Of a DNA stretch of 64,000 bases, positions 19,348 to 31,821 are shown in pieces (position 1 is the stretch's first letter; each line of letters opens with the position of its first letter). The notes under the pieces were generated by a model. The model saw only the letters and a program-made list of their open reading frames with translations, was not told the DNA's origin and made no database searches. This DNA is from an uncultured Chloroflexia bacterium (GTDB taxonomy: Bacteria > Chloroflexota > Limnocylindria > Limnocylindrales > CSP1-4), in contig CAVYIM010000004.1 in the NCBI GenBank assembly GCA_963768655.1, positions 32,001-96,000 on the forward strand. Reading direction: 5' to 3'. A program made the translations under genes and the position numbers.

Positions 19348-19911
19348 CTACGCCGGCTCGTCCGGATACGGATTCGTGGTGGGGGATTCGTTGCCCGCGG
19401 CTGCCGTCGGTGCCCGCCCGGTGGCGTCAAGGCGGGTGGCCATGTCGAGTGCGGCCTGGCTTGGCCGGCCCACGGCATCGGGATCGGGATCGGGTCTGAA
19501 CATGCCCCCGACGGAATCGCCGGCGAGGATCGTCACCGCGGCGACGATCTGGCCCGATGGGCCGGCCGCCTGCCCGACGGCGCTGAGCACGTTCATGCGC
19601 GCCTGGGTAGCAAGCACCGAGCCCACCAGCGAGGGCTGACGCATCCCCGGGTCGACGTCGGTCACGCCGGGGATCACCAGGCTTCCGAGAGACTCCCGCT
19701 GGGCCATGGTCGCGCCGCAGCTGGGACAGCAGCCGGCCCCGGGATCGGCGGGGGCCGAACACCACGGGCACCTGGCGGCATCGCGCCCGCCGCCAGCCGG
19801 TGCCGAGCCATCCGACGCCGGCTCCGGCGTCGCCCGGCGCATCGGCCGATTCCACCAGTCGTCCACTGTCGGACCCTCCTGCAAATGGCCGTTCCTTCCG
19901 TCCATCATCAT
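19348..19911 (-). CDS. Zinc-ribbon protein, paralog of the C-terminal domain of the downstream gene
   Basis: [24 protein letters not shown] overlaps the guaA stop; alternative GTG start at 19866 after AGGAGG. Confidence 0.72.
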   Translation of the reverse strand: MMMDGRNGHLQEGPTVDDWWNRPMRRATPEPASDGSAPAGGGRDAARCPWCSAPADPGAGCCPSCGATMAQRESLGSLVIPGVTDVDPGMRQPSLVGSVLATQARMNVLSAVGQAAGPSGQIVAAVTILAGDSVGGMFRPDPDPDAVGRPSQAALDMATRLDATGRAPTAAAGNESPTTNPYPDEPA

Positions 19912-21509
19912 TCCCACTCGATGGTGGCCGGCGGCTTGGAGCTGATGTCGTAAACCACCCTGTTCACGCCAGGAACCTCGTTCACTATCCGGGAACTGAT
20001 CCTGGCCAGGACCTCGTAGGGGAGCTTGGCCCAGTCGGCCGTCATGGCGTCTTCCGAAGTGACGGCTCGGATTGCCACGAGATTCGCGTAGGTTCGGCCA
20101 TCGCCCATAACACCGACGGATCGCACCGGAGTGAGGATGGCGAACGACTGCCAGACGCTCCGGTACAGGCCCGCGGCCTTGATCTCGTCTATGACGATCC
20201 AATCTGCCTCGCGCAACGTGTCGAGACGCTCGGCCGTAACCTCGCCGATGATCCGTATCGCCAGGCCCGGTCCGGGGAACGGCTGGCGCCCGACCATCGA
20301 ATCGGGCAAGCCGAGCTCCGTCCCGACGGCTCTGACTTCGTCCTTGAAGAGATAGCGGAGCGGCTCGATCAGCTGAAACTTGAGATCCTCCGGCAGGCCG
20401 CCGACGTTGTGGTGGGTCTTGATCTTCGCGGCCGCTTTCTCCGTGACGGAAGTGGCGGACTCGATGACGTCGGGATAGAGCGTGCCCTGCGTGAGAAAGT
20501 CGATCTGGCCGAGCTTTGCCGCCTCGTCCTCGAAGACGCGAATGAACTCGTTGCCGATGATGTGGCGCTTCCGCTCCGGGTCGGTCACGCCCTCCAGCTT
20601 GCGCAGGAAGCGCTCGCGGGCATTGACGACGATGACGCGCACGCCCAGCTGCTCGAAGGCCGTGCGCAGCAGCTCGGTTTCGTTCTTGCGCATCATCCCG
20701 TGGTCGACGTGAACGCAGATCAGGCGATCCCCGACGGCGCGGTGGACGAGGGTCGCGGCCACGGCCGAATCCACTCCGCCGGAGAGCGCGCATAGCACCC
20801 TGCCGTCCGTGCCGGTCGCGCGGCTGTGCTCGTCGACGCGGCGGCGGATCCCCTCGACGCTGGATGCGATGAAGTTGGCGGGGGTCCAGTTCTGGCGGGC
20901 GCCGGCGATCTCGACGACGAAGTTGCGCAGGATTTCACGGCCGTGTGGGGTGTGAACGACTTCGGGGTGGAACTGGATCCCGTACAGGCGCCGCTCCGGA
21001 TCGGCAACTGCGGCAAATGGCGTGGAACTCGTGCTGGCCGTCGGCTGGAAGCCGGCCGGCAGCCGGCCGATCGAATCGCCGTGGCTCATCCAGACCGACT
21101 GCTCGGGCTCCAGCCCGGCGAAGAGCCGATCGCCGCCGGTCACCGAGACGACCGCCGGCCCGAACTCCTTGCGTCTGAAGGAGACGACCTCGCCGCCGAG
21201 TGCCTGGGCCATCAGGTGGAGGCCGTAGCAGATGCCGAGGATCGGTACGCCGCCTGTCCAGAGCGCCGGGTCGGGATGGGGCGAGCCCTCTTCGTAGACG
21301 CTGGCCGGTCCGCCGGAGAGGATCACCGCCGCCGGCTTGCGGGCCGCGATCTCACTCCACGGCGTGTCGAAGGGCAGCAGCTCCGAGTAGACATTGAGCT
21401 CGCGGACCCGGCGGGCGATGAGCTGGCTGTACTGGCTGCCGCAGTCGAGGACCACGACCGAGTCCACGCTGGCCGCGACCGATGGAACTGCCACTCGTCC
21501 TTCGCTCAA
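19908..21509 (-). CDS. guaA: GMP synthase (glutamine-hydrolysing)
   Basis: [62 protein letters not shown]. Confidence 0.98.
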   Translation of the reverse strand: MSEGRVAVPSVAASVDSVVVLDCGSQYSQLIARRVRELNVYSELLPFDTPWSEIAARKPAAVILSGGPASVYEEGSPHPDPALWTGGVPILGICYGLHLMAQALGGEVVSFRRKEFGPAVVSVTGGDRLFAGLEPEQSVWMSHGDSIGRLPAGFQPTASTSSTPFAAVADPERRLYGIQFHPEVVHTPHGREILRNFVVEIAGARQNWTPANFIASSVEGIRRRVDEHSRATGTDGRVLCALSGGVDSAVAATLVHRAVGDRLICVHVDHGMMRKNETELLRTAFEQLGVRVIVVNARERFLRKLEGVTDPERKRHIIGNEFIRVFEDEAAKLGQIDFLTQGTLYPDVIESATSVTEKAAAKIKTHHNVGGLPEDLKFQLIEPLRYLFKDEVRAVGTELGLPDSMVGRQPFPGPGLAIRIIGEVTAERLDTLREADWIVIDEIKAAGLYRSVWQSFAILTPVRSVGVMGDGRTYANLVAIRAVTSEDAMTADWAKLPYEVLARISSRIVNEVPGVNRVVYDISSKPPATIEWE

Positions 21510-21666
21510 TCCCGACCTCCGCTGCGGACCGCATCGATTCTAGCGGGGCAAGCTTGCGGCCGAACGATCGGTCGACCAAAACGACGGCCGATCGCTGTCG
21601 CGCGGCGCGGTCGCAAGCCGGCCGCAAACGGCGGAAGTGACGCCGGGAGGCCGGTGTGTGCGGAGG

Positions 21667-22194
21667 CTAAGCCCGCTCTGTCGGGAACCCCTGCTTCTTC
21701 CAGTCCTGCAGGCCGCCGTGCAGCTCCTTGACCTTGAAGCCGAGTGCCTCGAGGCGCTGGGCCGTCTTCGTCGACGCGTGGCAGCTGGCGTTCCAGCAGT
21801 AGACGATGTACAGCGCGTCGCGCGAAAGGTGCGCCGTCGCGGCCTCGTTGATGTCGCGGTAGGGCAGGTTGATCGCGCCGGGCAGGTGCTCCAGGGCGTA
21901 GGTTTCGGCGTAGCGAGCGTCGACGACCACGAGATTGGGCGTGCCCGCGACGATGTCGGCATAGAGATCCGCCGGGTGTCGGTCGTACACGAAGCTTCCG
22001 ATCCAGTGGATGCGGGCCGTGGGCGCAGCGGGGATGGTGACGTTCGCGGTGGGAACGGCAGTCGCGGCCGGAACCAGGTGCAGGACTGGAGCCGCATGGG
22101 GCTCCGACGCCCCGCGCACGCCGACTTCATCAGCCTCCATCGGTTCGCGATCGAAAGGCGTTTGGGCCGTTTCGAAGACCGGCGCGGGCGGCAT
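21667..22194 (-). CDS. Rhodanese-like domain protein
   Basis: VVDAR, HLPGAINLP, VYCWNASC, LHGGLQDW..G; GGAG upstream of ATG 22194. Confidence 0.85.
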   Translation of the reverse strand: MPPAPVFETAQTPFDREPMEADEVGVRGASEPHAAPVLHLVPAATAVPTANVTIPAAPTARIHWIGSFVYDRHPADLYADIVAGTPNLVVVDARYAETYALEHLPGAINLPYRDINEAATAHLSRDALYIVYCWNASCHASTKTAQRLEALGFKVKELHGGLQDWKKQGFPTERA

Positions 22195-22518
22195 GGGCGG
22201 GACACTCCGTTCGGGTAGCGGCGTTGTGGCGGAATAGTAGCGAACGACGTCAAATTCCGGAACCCGATTCCGGGCGCGCGGAGCCCATCTTCGGTTGCGG
22301 TTTGGTTGCGAAGAACGCCGGGGATGTGGAAAGCCGCGATCCGGTCCGCCTGCTGGCGGCGGGCGCCCCTTCGTTCCGGCGCCGAGCTCGACGGCCGGGC
22401 CGGCGCCGCACTCGGCGAAGCTGGGGACGCCTTGCAGAGTCCCGCCGCGGGCGCCCGCGCCGCGGCCGCCGGCGATCGCTTGCGCCGCGGCCACCGGCGA
22501 TCGTCCGCCCTCTCTCGC

Positions 22519-26306
<3,788 letters not shown>

Positions 26307-26454
26307 GCCTGCCTCCTTCTGGCCGCAGTTTACCTGTCGGGGGCCCGGCGCGCGATCGTCGGCCCTCACGGTCGCGCGACGGGCGGCCGAACAAATGCGC
26401 CGCGAGTTCGCGTCCCCCTTCCACGCGCTCGGTCAACGTGCGAGCATGGTCGGC

Positions 26455-27564
26455 ATGAGCGAAGGCGGCTCGTCGAGCGCTTCGAGCGCATCCAGCCAAC
26501 CGGCTGTGCCGGCCGGCACCGAACCTGCGCGTCGGGTCGACTGCGCCATCATCGGGGGCGGGCCCGCCGGGCTCTCCGCCGCGGTCTGTCTCGCTCGCAT
26601 GCGACGTGACGTCCTGGTCATCGACGACCGCGACGGGCGTTCGCTGTGGGGCCAGATCAACCGCAACTACCTTGGTTTCCCCAACGGGATCCCCGCCGCC
26701 GAGATCCGGCTGGCCGGCCGGCGTCAGGCGGCCCGCTACGGGGCGAGGTTCCTGGGAGGCCGCGTGGCTGCCGCCTGGCGCGACGATGGCTTTTTCCGTC
26801 TCCGGGTCGAGGCGAGTGGCGGTGTCAGCCACCGCGACACGGCCGGCCGCGTCGCCAATGTCAAGCGCGACGAGGAGCTTGGGAATTCGCTCGGCGAAGA
26901 GACGGTCATCGGCCCCGAGGACATCGTGGCCCGGACGGTGATCGTGGCGACAGGCGTGCGCGACAACTTCCCGCGGTTCCTCGGCTGGGCCCAGTGCGTG
27001 GGCAAGAGCCTCTTCTGGTGCATCGCCTGCGACGGCTACGAGTCGATGGACAAAGCAGTGACGGTCGTCGGGCACGACGAAGATGCGGTCGAGACGGCGC
27101 TCGACCTGCTCGACTTCACTGCCAGAGTGACGATCGTGGCCGGCCGGCCCGAGGGTTTCGACGTCCCGGAGCGGCGCCTGGCCGATCTTCGCGACAACGG
27201 CATCGCTGCCTACCCCTACGCGGTCGCCGACTATGCGAACGCGGACGGCCAGATCGAGGAGCTCGTGCTCGACGATCCGGATCAGACCAGGCTGCGGGTC
27301 GAAACCGTCTTCGCCTACCGCCGGCCGACGCCGCGCAATGAAGTCGCCGTGGCCCTCGGCGTGGAGACCAACGAGCTCGGTCACATCGTCGTGAACGCGG
27401 AGCAGCACACCAACGTGCCCGGCTTGTATGCCGCCGGAGACGTGACCAGCCCGCACGACCACCAGGTCAGCGCGGCCGTCCACGAGGGCAATCAGGCGGC
27501 GTGCGCCGCCAACTACTTTCTCTACCGGCCCGTGCAGAAGGCTCCCGACAAAGAGGAGTGCTGA
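26455..27564 (+). CDS. Thioredoxin-reductase-like NAD(P)/FAD oxidoreductase
   Basis: [32 protein letters not shown] (CxxC), [11 protein letters not shown]. Start at 26446 or 26455. Confidence 0.88.
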   Translation: MSEGGSSSASSASSQPAVPAGTEPARRVDCAIIGGGPAGLSAAVCLARMRRDVLVIDDRDGRSLWGQINRNYLGFPNGIPAAEIRLAGRRQAARYGARFLGGRVAAAWRDDGFFRLRVEASGGVSHRDTAGRVANVKRDEELGNSLGEETVIGPEDIVARTVIVATGVRDNFPRFLGWAQCVGKSLFWCIACDGYESMDKAVTVVGHDEDAVETALDLLDFTARVTIVAGRPEGFDVPERRLADLRDNGIAAYPYAVADYANADGQIEELVLDDPDQTRLRVETVFAYRRPTPRNEVAVALGVETNELGHIVVNAEQHTNVPGLYAAGDVTSPHDHQVSAAVHEGNQAACAANYFLYRPVQKAPDKEEC

Positions 27565-27586
27565 GCCGACGGCTGGCCGCCGGGCG

Positions 27587-28318
27587 CTACTTCGATCGCC
27601 TGGCGCGGAGAAAGACCGAAGGCCCGGGCGTGATCGGTCCAAGTGGCGCCTGAAGCCGGCCTTCGGCTGCCACGAGGAGCGCAACCGGCAGCCGGCGGGT
27701 CAACGCAGGCAGGCGGAAAAGCGAGACGGCCCGCACCGACTCAATTCGTAGGCCGGCCCGGCGAAGGGCGCGTCGGACGCCGACCGGCGCATGGTCGAAA
27801 TGGAGTGGCCTGTACTCGACCGAACCGAGTTCGAACGGCGACCAGCTCTGGCGGCCCAGGACGCGCCGCGCGATGGACTTGAGGTTGCGCTTGTTGGCGT
27901 ATTCGATGACGACGACCCCGCCGGGCCGCGTGACCCGGCCGAGCTCGGCCAGCACCGGGCCGGGATCGGCGAAGTGGTGGAGCACCCGAACGCAGACCGC
28001 GGTGTCGAAGAGGCCGTCCGGGTAGGGCAGGGCCAGGGCGTCGCCGAGGACGACTTCGAATCGCGCGTCGCCCGCCAGGGCATCTCGCGCGGCCGCGACG
28101 TGGACGTCAGATGAATCGAGCAGCACGACCTCGCCATAGCCCCCGTACTCGTTCGCGAGCCGGCCGAATCCAGCGCCGACTTCGATCAGGCGCCCGCCGG
28201 TCGGAGGGAGCAGCGCCCGGATGGCGATCCGGTCACAGGCGTCCTCGTACCGGCGGGCGGCCCAGAAGACGTCGCGATAGCCGAGGTCCTCGTAGGTCGC
28301 GAGGGGGCGTTCCGGCAA
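27587..28318 (-). CDS. Class I SAM-dependent methyltransferase
   Basis: [31 protein letters not shown]; TTG start is tentative. Confidence 0.88.
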   Translation of the reverse strand: MPERPLATYEDLGYRDVFWAARRYEDACDRIAIRALLPPTGGRLIEVGAGFGRLANEYGGYGEVVLLDSSDVHVAAARDALAGDARFEVVLGDALALPYPDGLFDTAVCVRVLHHFADPGPVLAELGRVTRPGGVVVIEYANKRNLKSIARRVLGRQSWSPFELGSVEYRPLHFDHAPVGVRRALRRAGLRIESVRAVSLFRLPALTRRLPVALLVAAEGRLQAPLGPITPGPSVFLRARRSK

Positions 28319-28344
28319 AGGCGGCTCGATGCCGCGCGGCTCGG

Positions 28345-28521
28345 TCAGGAGGGGCTTGCGGCGCCGACGGCACGCCTGTGGATGGCGAAGTCGTCCGCGT
28401 TGCCCGACCAACCGCAATCGCACCGGACGACGTTCGTTCGGGCGTTGTAGTCCTCGATCAGGTGGGACTTCACCGGCCGAAGCGGGGTCGGAGCGACCGC
28501 CGTGCGGACAGGCCGAGCCAT
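28345..28521 (-). CDS. Small 58-aa protein with CxCGW...H putative zinc site
   Basis: Strong GGAGGAGG 4 nt before ATG 28521; RCDCGWSG...FAIH. Confidence 0.65.
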   Translation of the reverse strand: MARPVRTAVAPTPLRPVKSHLIEDYNARTNVVRCDCGWSGNADDFAIHRRAVGAASPS

Positions 28522-28641
28522 CGTGCCTCCTCCATCTCCCGAACCATCGACGTAGCCAACTCGCTGGTCGCGCGCCGCGACCAGCGGCAGACGGATCCGT
28601 GGGCGCTCGGATACGGCAACGCCGTTTGGGAGCGCCTCTAA

Positions 28642-28650
28642 TTCTACCAG
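28642..28650 (-). promoter_or_regulatory. Extended -10 (TGgTAGAAT) upstream of the small protein
   Basis: Reverse complement of attctacca. Confidence 0.5.
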
Positions 28651-29143
28651 AGGTAAGCCCCAAGCCCCGTTGAGTATCCCCACACGCCCACTACTCCTTG
28701 TCGCCTCCGTCGTCATCGCCCGGTACGGGTCTTGCCTGCCGAAACGGGCAGGAATCGGCGGATCGGGCAGGACGGCGCGAACCGGGCGTCTCCACCTGCT
28801 GCGACTGGCCACGGCACGGCGATCCAGACGGTCGAAGTGTCGGCTGGTGGCTCGCCAGACGAGTCGGCGCACGCTGATTGATGCCACTCGTCCCGGTAGG
28901 TGGGCCGGACCGGGCCCCGCCTTTGCCAGACGCAGATCGAAGTCATTCTGTATTCAGGTGGTTCGGGTTTTCGAGACAGTTGGCGTGGCCGCAGGAAACA
29001 TCTGGTCACGCCCGGGCCCGGGGTGTAGGCTGCGCTCGTTCTCATCGGCCTCGGGACCCGTCATTTGAGGCCGACAGGAGCGAGGTAGCCGGAGGCCCCG
29101 CATGGGGCGCGTGCCGGTGCAGTTGGAGAAGGAGGCTCAACTC

Positions 29144-29626
29144 GTGCTACAGCAAATCTGGGCGAAGATCTCGGCTCGGGAGCGGTTCGTCGTCTATGGC
29201 GCGGTGGCTGTCATCGTTGGCTGGGTGGTCGGCCAGTTCATCGCAACCTACAATCCGTGCGCGGGCCTGAACCTCGGCGCCTACAGCAACCTCTGCTCGG
29301 CCGCTTCCTTCAGCTACTTCAGTGCCGGCAACGCCGGTCTCTTCGCGATCCTCGGCCTCATCGCCGGGATTGCCGCGGCCGTGATCGTCTACCTCAAGGT
29401 CGCGCCCAACATGAATATCACCTGGCCGATGCCCGTTGGGCAGGTACTTCTCGGTGTTTCCGTCGCGACGCTCGTGCTGGGCGTGCTCGTTGTGCTGATG
29501 CAGATCTCGTACGGCCTCAGCAACGCACCGGTAACGATGTGGGTCGCCGACGTGATCTTCGTAGGCGGCGGCGCGCTCCAGGCTTGGGGTGCGTATCAGG
29601 AGTGGCTCACGACCAAGGCCGCGTAG
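29144..29626 (+). CDS. Hypothetical four-TM membrane protein
   Basis: AAGGAGG 8 nt before GTG 29144; four hydrophobic segments; Cys pair in the first loop. Confidence 0.75.
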   Translation: MLQQIWAKISARERFVVYGAVAVIVGWVVGQFIATYNPCAGLNLGAYSNLCSAASFSYFSAGNAGLFAILGLIAGIAAAVIVYLKVAPNMNITWPMPVGQVLLGVSVATLVLGVLVVLMQISYGLSNAPVTMWVADVIFVGGGALQAWGAYQEWLTTKAA

Positions 29627-29649
29627 TCCCGCGGTACCTCGCCGAATCG

Positions 29650-29689
29650 AAGCGGCGGTCGCCGGAAGGCGACCGCCGCTTTCTCTTTT
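29650..29689 (+). terminator. Rho-independent terminator between convergent genes
   Basis: aagcggcggtcgcc-ggaa-ggcgaccgccgctt followed by a T-rich tract. Confidence 0.85.
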
Positions 29690-29698
29690 GCGAGAGGT

Positions 29699-30019
29699 CT
29701 ACGCGCCCTGGGCGTGGACCGCCCGGAAGCAGTCGGAGCAGTAGACCGGCCGATCCATGTGCGGCTTGAACGGCACCTGGGCCTGATTGCCGCAGCGCGA
29801 GCAAACCACCGCGAAATACTCGCGCGGCCCATTGCCCGCGCTGCCGCGGATCGCACCTTCCCCCGACTCCCTCATCGACCGTCTCGAGGCCCGACAGCTC
29901 GGGCAGCGCTTGGGGTCCGAGACGAACCCCTTCTGTGCGTAGAACTCCTGATCTTCGGCCGAGTGCACGAACTCGGCACCGCAGTCGACGCAGGTGAGTG
30001 TCCGATCGGCGTAGGCCAC
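29699..30019 (-). CDS. Zinc-ribbon / CxxC-x17-CxxC domain protein
   Basis: DRTLTCVDCGAEF....EDQEFYAQKGF...PKRCPSCR; CSRCG...VPFKP...RPVYCSDCF; GGAGGAG RBS. Confidence 0.9.
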   Translation of the reverse strand: MAYADRTLTCVDCGAEFVHSAEDQEFYAQKGFVSDPKRCPSCRASRRSMRESGEGAIRGSAGNGPREYFAVVCSRCGNQAQVPFKPHMDRPVYCSDCFRAVHAQGA

Positions 30020-30530
30020 TTTCTCCTCCCGGAGGCTCGAGTTGTCCGCACCGACGGGTCCCGGATGCAGGCGAAGCCCGGCTGTGCCGGGACGCCAACG
30101 CTCAGCTATGGGGCTCGCGGCGATCCGGCCAACGGCTATTCGGCTCAGTGGTGCCTGTGTGGGACGCACCGGTAGGCCGGGAGAATACCATGGCCCATCC
30201 GACGCTCAACTCGCTGTTCCGAACCAGGCCCGGGCCCCGGGACAGAAGCGTTTGGACGGGCCGCGAGGGCGTCGAATCGGTTCGCCGCAGCGGTTCTGGA
30301 ACAACTCGCGGGGCGGCTCGACGGCGTTCCTGCAGCGCGTCGCCACGGATCTTTCGTGCACGTTGCATCTCCCGGCCTCGAACCTGGCACAATCGCTGAG
30401 TCGGCCGTCGCGACAGCACACGCCGCGCGGTCGAAACAGGCGCCGAATCCGTCGACTAGACTGCGCAAACCCGCTATTGAGTACCGGGCGCGACAACTAG
30501 GGGTCCGGGGCTGAGAGAGCCAGAGGCCCG

Positions 30531-31808
30531 ATGCTTCGTCTTCTACACACCGCCGACGTCCACCTGGGGGCGCGGCACACAGATCTGGGTGAGCGCGCCG
30601 CGGTTCTACGCGAGCGCCAGTTCACCGCGTTCAGGGTCACGATCGATCTGGCCGTCGTCGAGGCGGTCGATCTGGTGCTGATCGCGGGCGATCTGTTCGA
30701 CTCGAACACGCAGCCTCGCCGGTCAGTGGAGCGCGTGGCCGCAGAACTGGCCCGTCTCGCCAAAGCTTCCATTCGAACGGTCATCATCCCGGGAACTCAC
30801 GACGTCTACGACGGCGCTTCGATATACAGGTCCTACGATCTGGCGGCCATGGCTCGAACCAGCGCGGAATGGGTCACCGTCCTGACGCCCGAGCAGCCGA
30901 ACGTCTGGCTACCCTCGCTCGACGCGGTGGTTCACGGCCGAGTCTTCAGTACCAAGCGCGCGCCCAAGAGCCCGCTGGACGGTTTCGATGCCCGCATGGA
31001 TCGACGCGCGACATGGCGCATCGGGATGGTTCACGGGGCCCTTGCGATCCCCGGCAAGACGGATGGCGACGAAGTTGTCTTCACCGAGGACGAGATTGCC
31101 AAGACGGGGCTCGACTACTTGGCCCTTGGTCACTGGCACTCCGCCATCGAAGGTCGGGCTGGGAACGTCACGTACGCATACTCAGGCGCGCCGGAGCCCG
31201 TTGCGATCGACCAGGATGGCGCCGGCCAGGTCCTGATCGTCAGTCTCGAAGAGCGAGGCGGTCGCCATCAGGTTTCCATCGAGCCAAAGCGCGTCGGCCA
31301 GACCCGCAGCGAGAAGCTCGAGCTGGACGTCAGCGCGATCCACTCCCAACCTGCCTTGATCGACACGATCGGCCGGCACGCCGACTCAAACCTCGTCCTG
31401 GACGTGCGTCTGACCGGCTTTCTGCCGGATACCCTGGATCTGGATCTGGACGAGGTCGAACGGGCCCTGGCGCCCGGGTTCCTGCGGTTCCGAATTCGCG
31501 ACGCGTCCATCCCTGCCGCTCCGGAGGGAGCCGCGGCGCCGCCGGACACGGTCATAGGGGCGTTCGTACGGAACATCGAGACCCGGATCGCCGAGTTGGA
31601 GAAGGCCGTGGCGGAGACGGGCTCCAAATCCGCTGCTGCGGGGCGTGGCGCGACGGCAGCTCCGACCGAGTCGGCCTCGTCCGACGGCGGCGGTAAACGA
31701 GGCCAGGCCGCGACTCCGGGCCAGGATCCGGCCGAAGAGCTGGCCGACCTTCGCGAGGTGCTGCGCCTGGGGCGCCACCTCCTCGAAGGCCGCCCGGTGA
31801 CCCTGTGA
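30531..31808 (+). CDS. Mre11/SbcD/YhaO-like DNA repair metallophosphoesterase nuclease
   Basis: LHTADVHLG, IAGDLFD, PGTHD, VHG, YLALGHWH, YSGAPEP. Confidence 0.92.
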   Translation: MLRLLHTADVHLGARHTDLGERAAVLRERQFTAFRVTIDLAVVEAVDLVLIAGDLFDSNTQPRRSVERVAAELARLAKASIRTVIIPGTHDVYDGASIYRSYDLAAMARTSAEWVTVLTPEQPNVWLPSLDAVVHGRVFSTKRAPKSPLDGFDARMDRRATWRIGMVHGALAIPGKTDGDEVVFTEDEIAKTGLDYLALGHWHSAIEGRAGNVTYAYSGAPEPVAIDQDGAGQVLIVSLEERGGRHQVSIEPKRVGQTRSEKLELDVSAIHSQPALIDTIGRHADSNLVLDVRLTGFLPDTLDLDLDEVERALAPGFLRFRIRDASIPAAPEGAAAPPDTVIGAFVRNIETRIAELEKAVAETGSKSAAAGRGATAAPTESASSDGGGKRGQAATPGQDPAEELADLREVLRLGRHLLEGRPVTL

Positions 31809-31821
31809 GGGCGGTGCTGCT

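Noticed and set aside
26455-27684. 1721-aa MetH and 771-aa oxidoreductase as giant fusion proteins
   Set aside because: The extensions are antisense shadows of the divergent gene, open because of high GC.
28691-28945. Small minus-strand ORF ending GDDDGGDKE
   Set aside because: No convincing start or RBS, and poor amino-acid composition.
30200-30530. LexA box upstream of the Mre11/Rad50-like pair
   Set aside because: No GAAC-N4-GTTC match.
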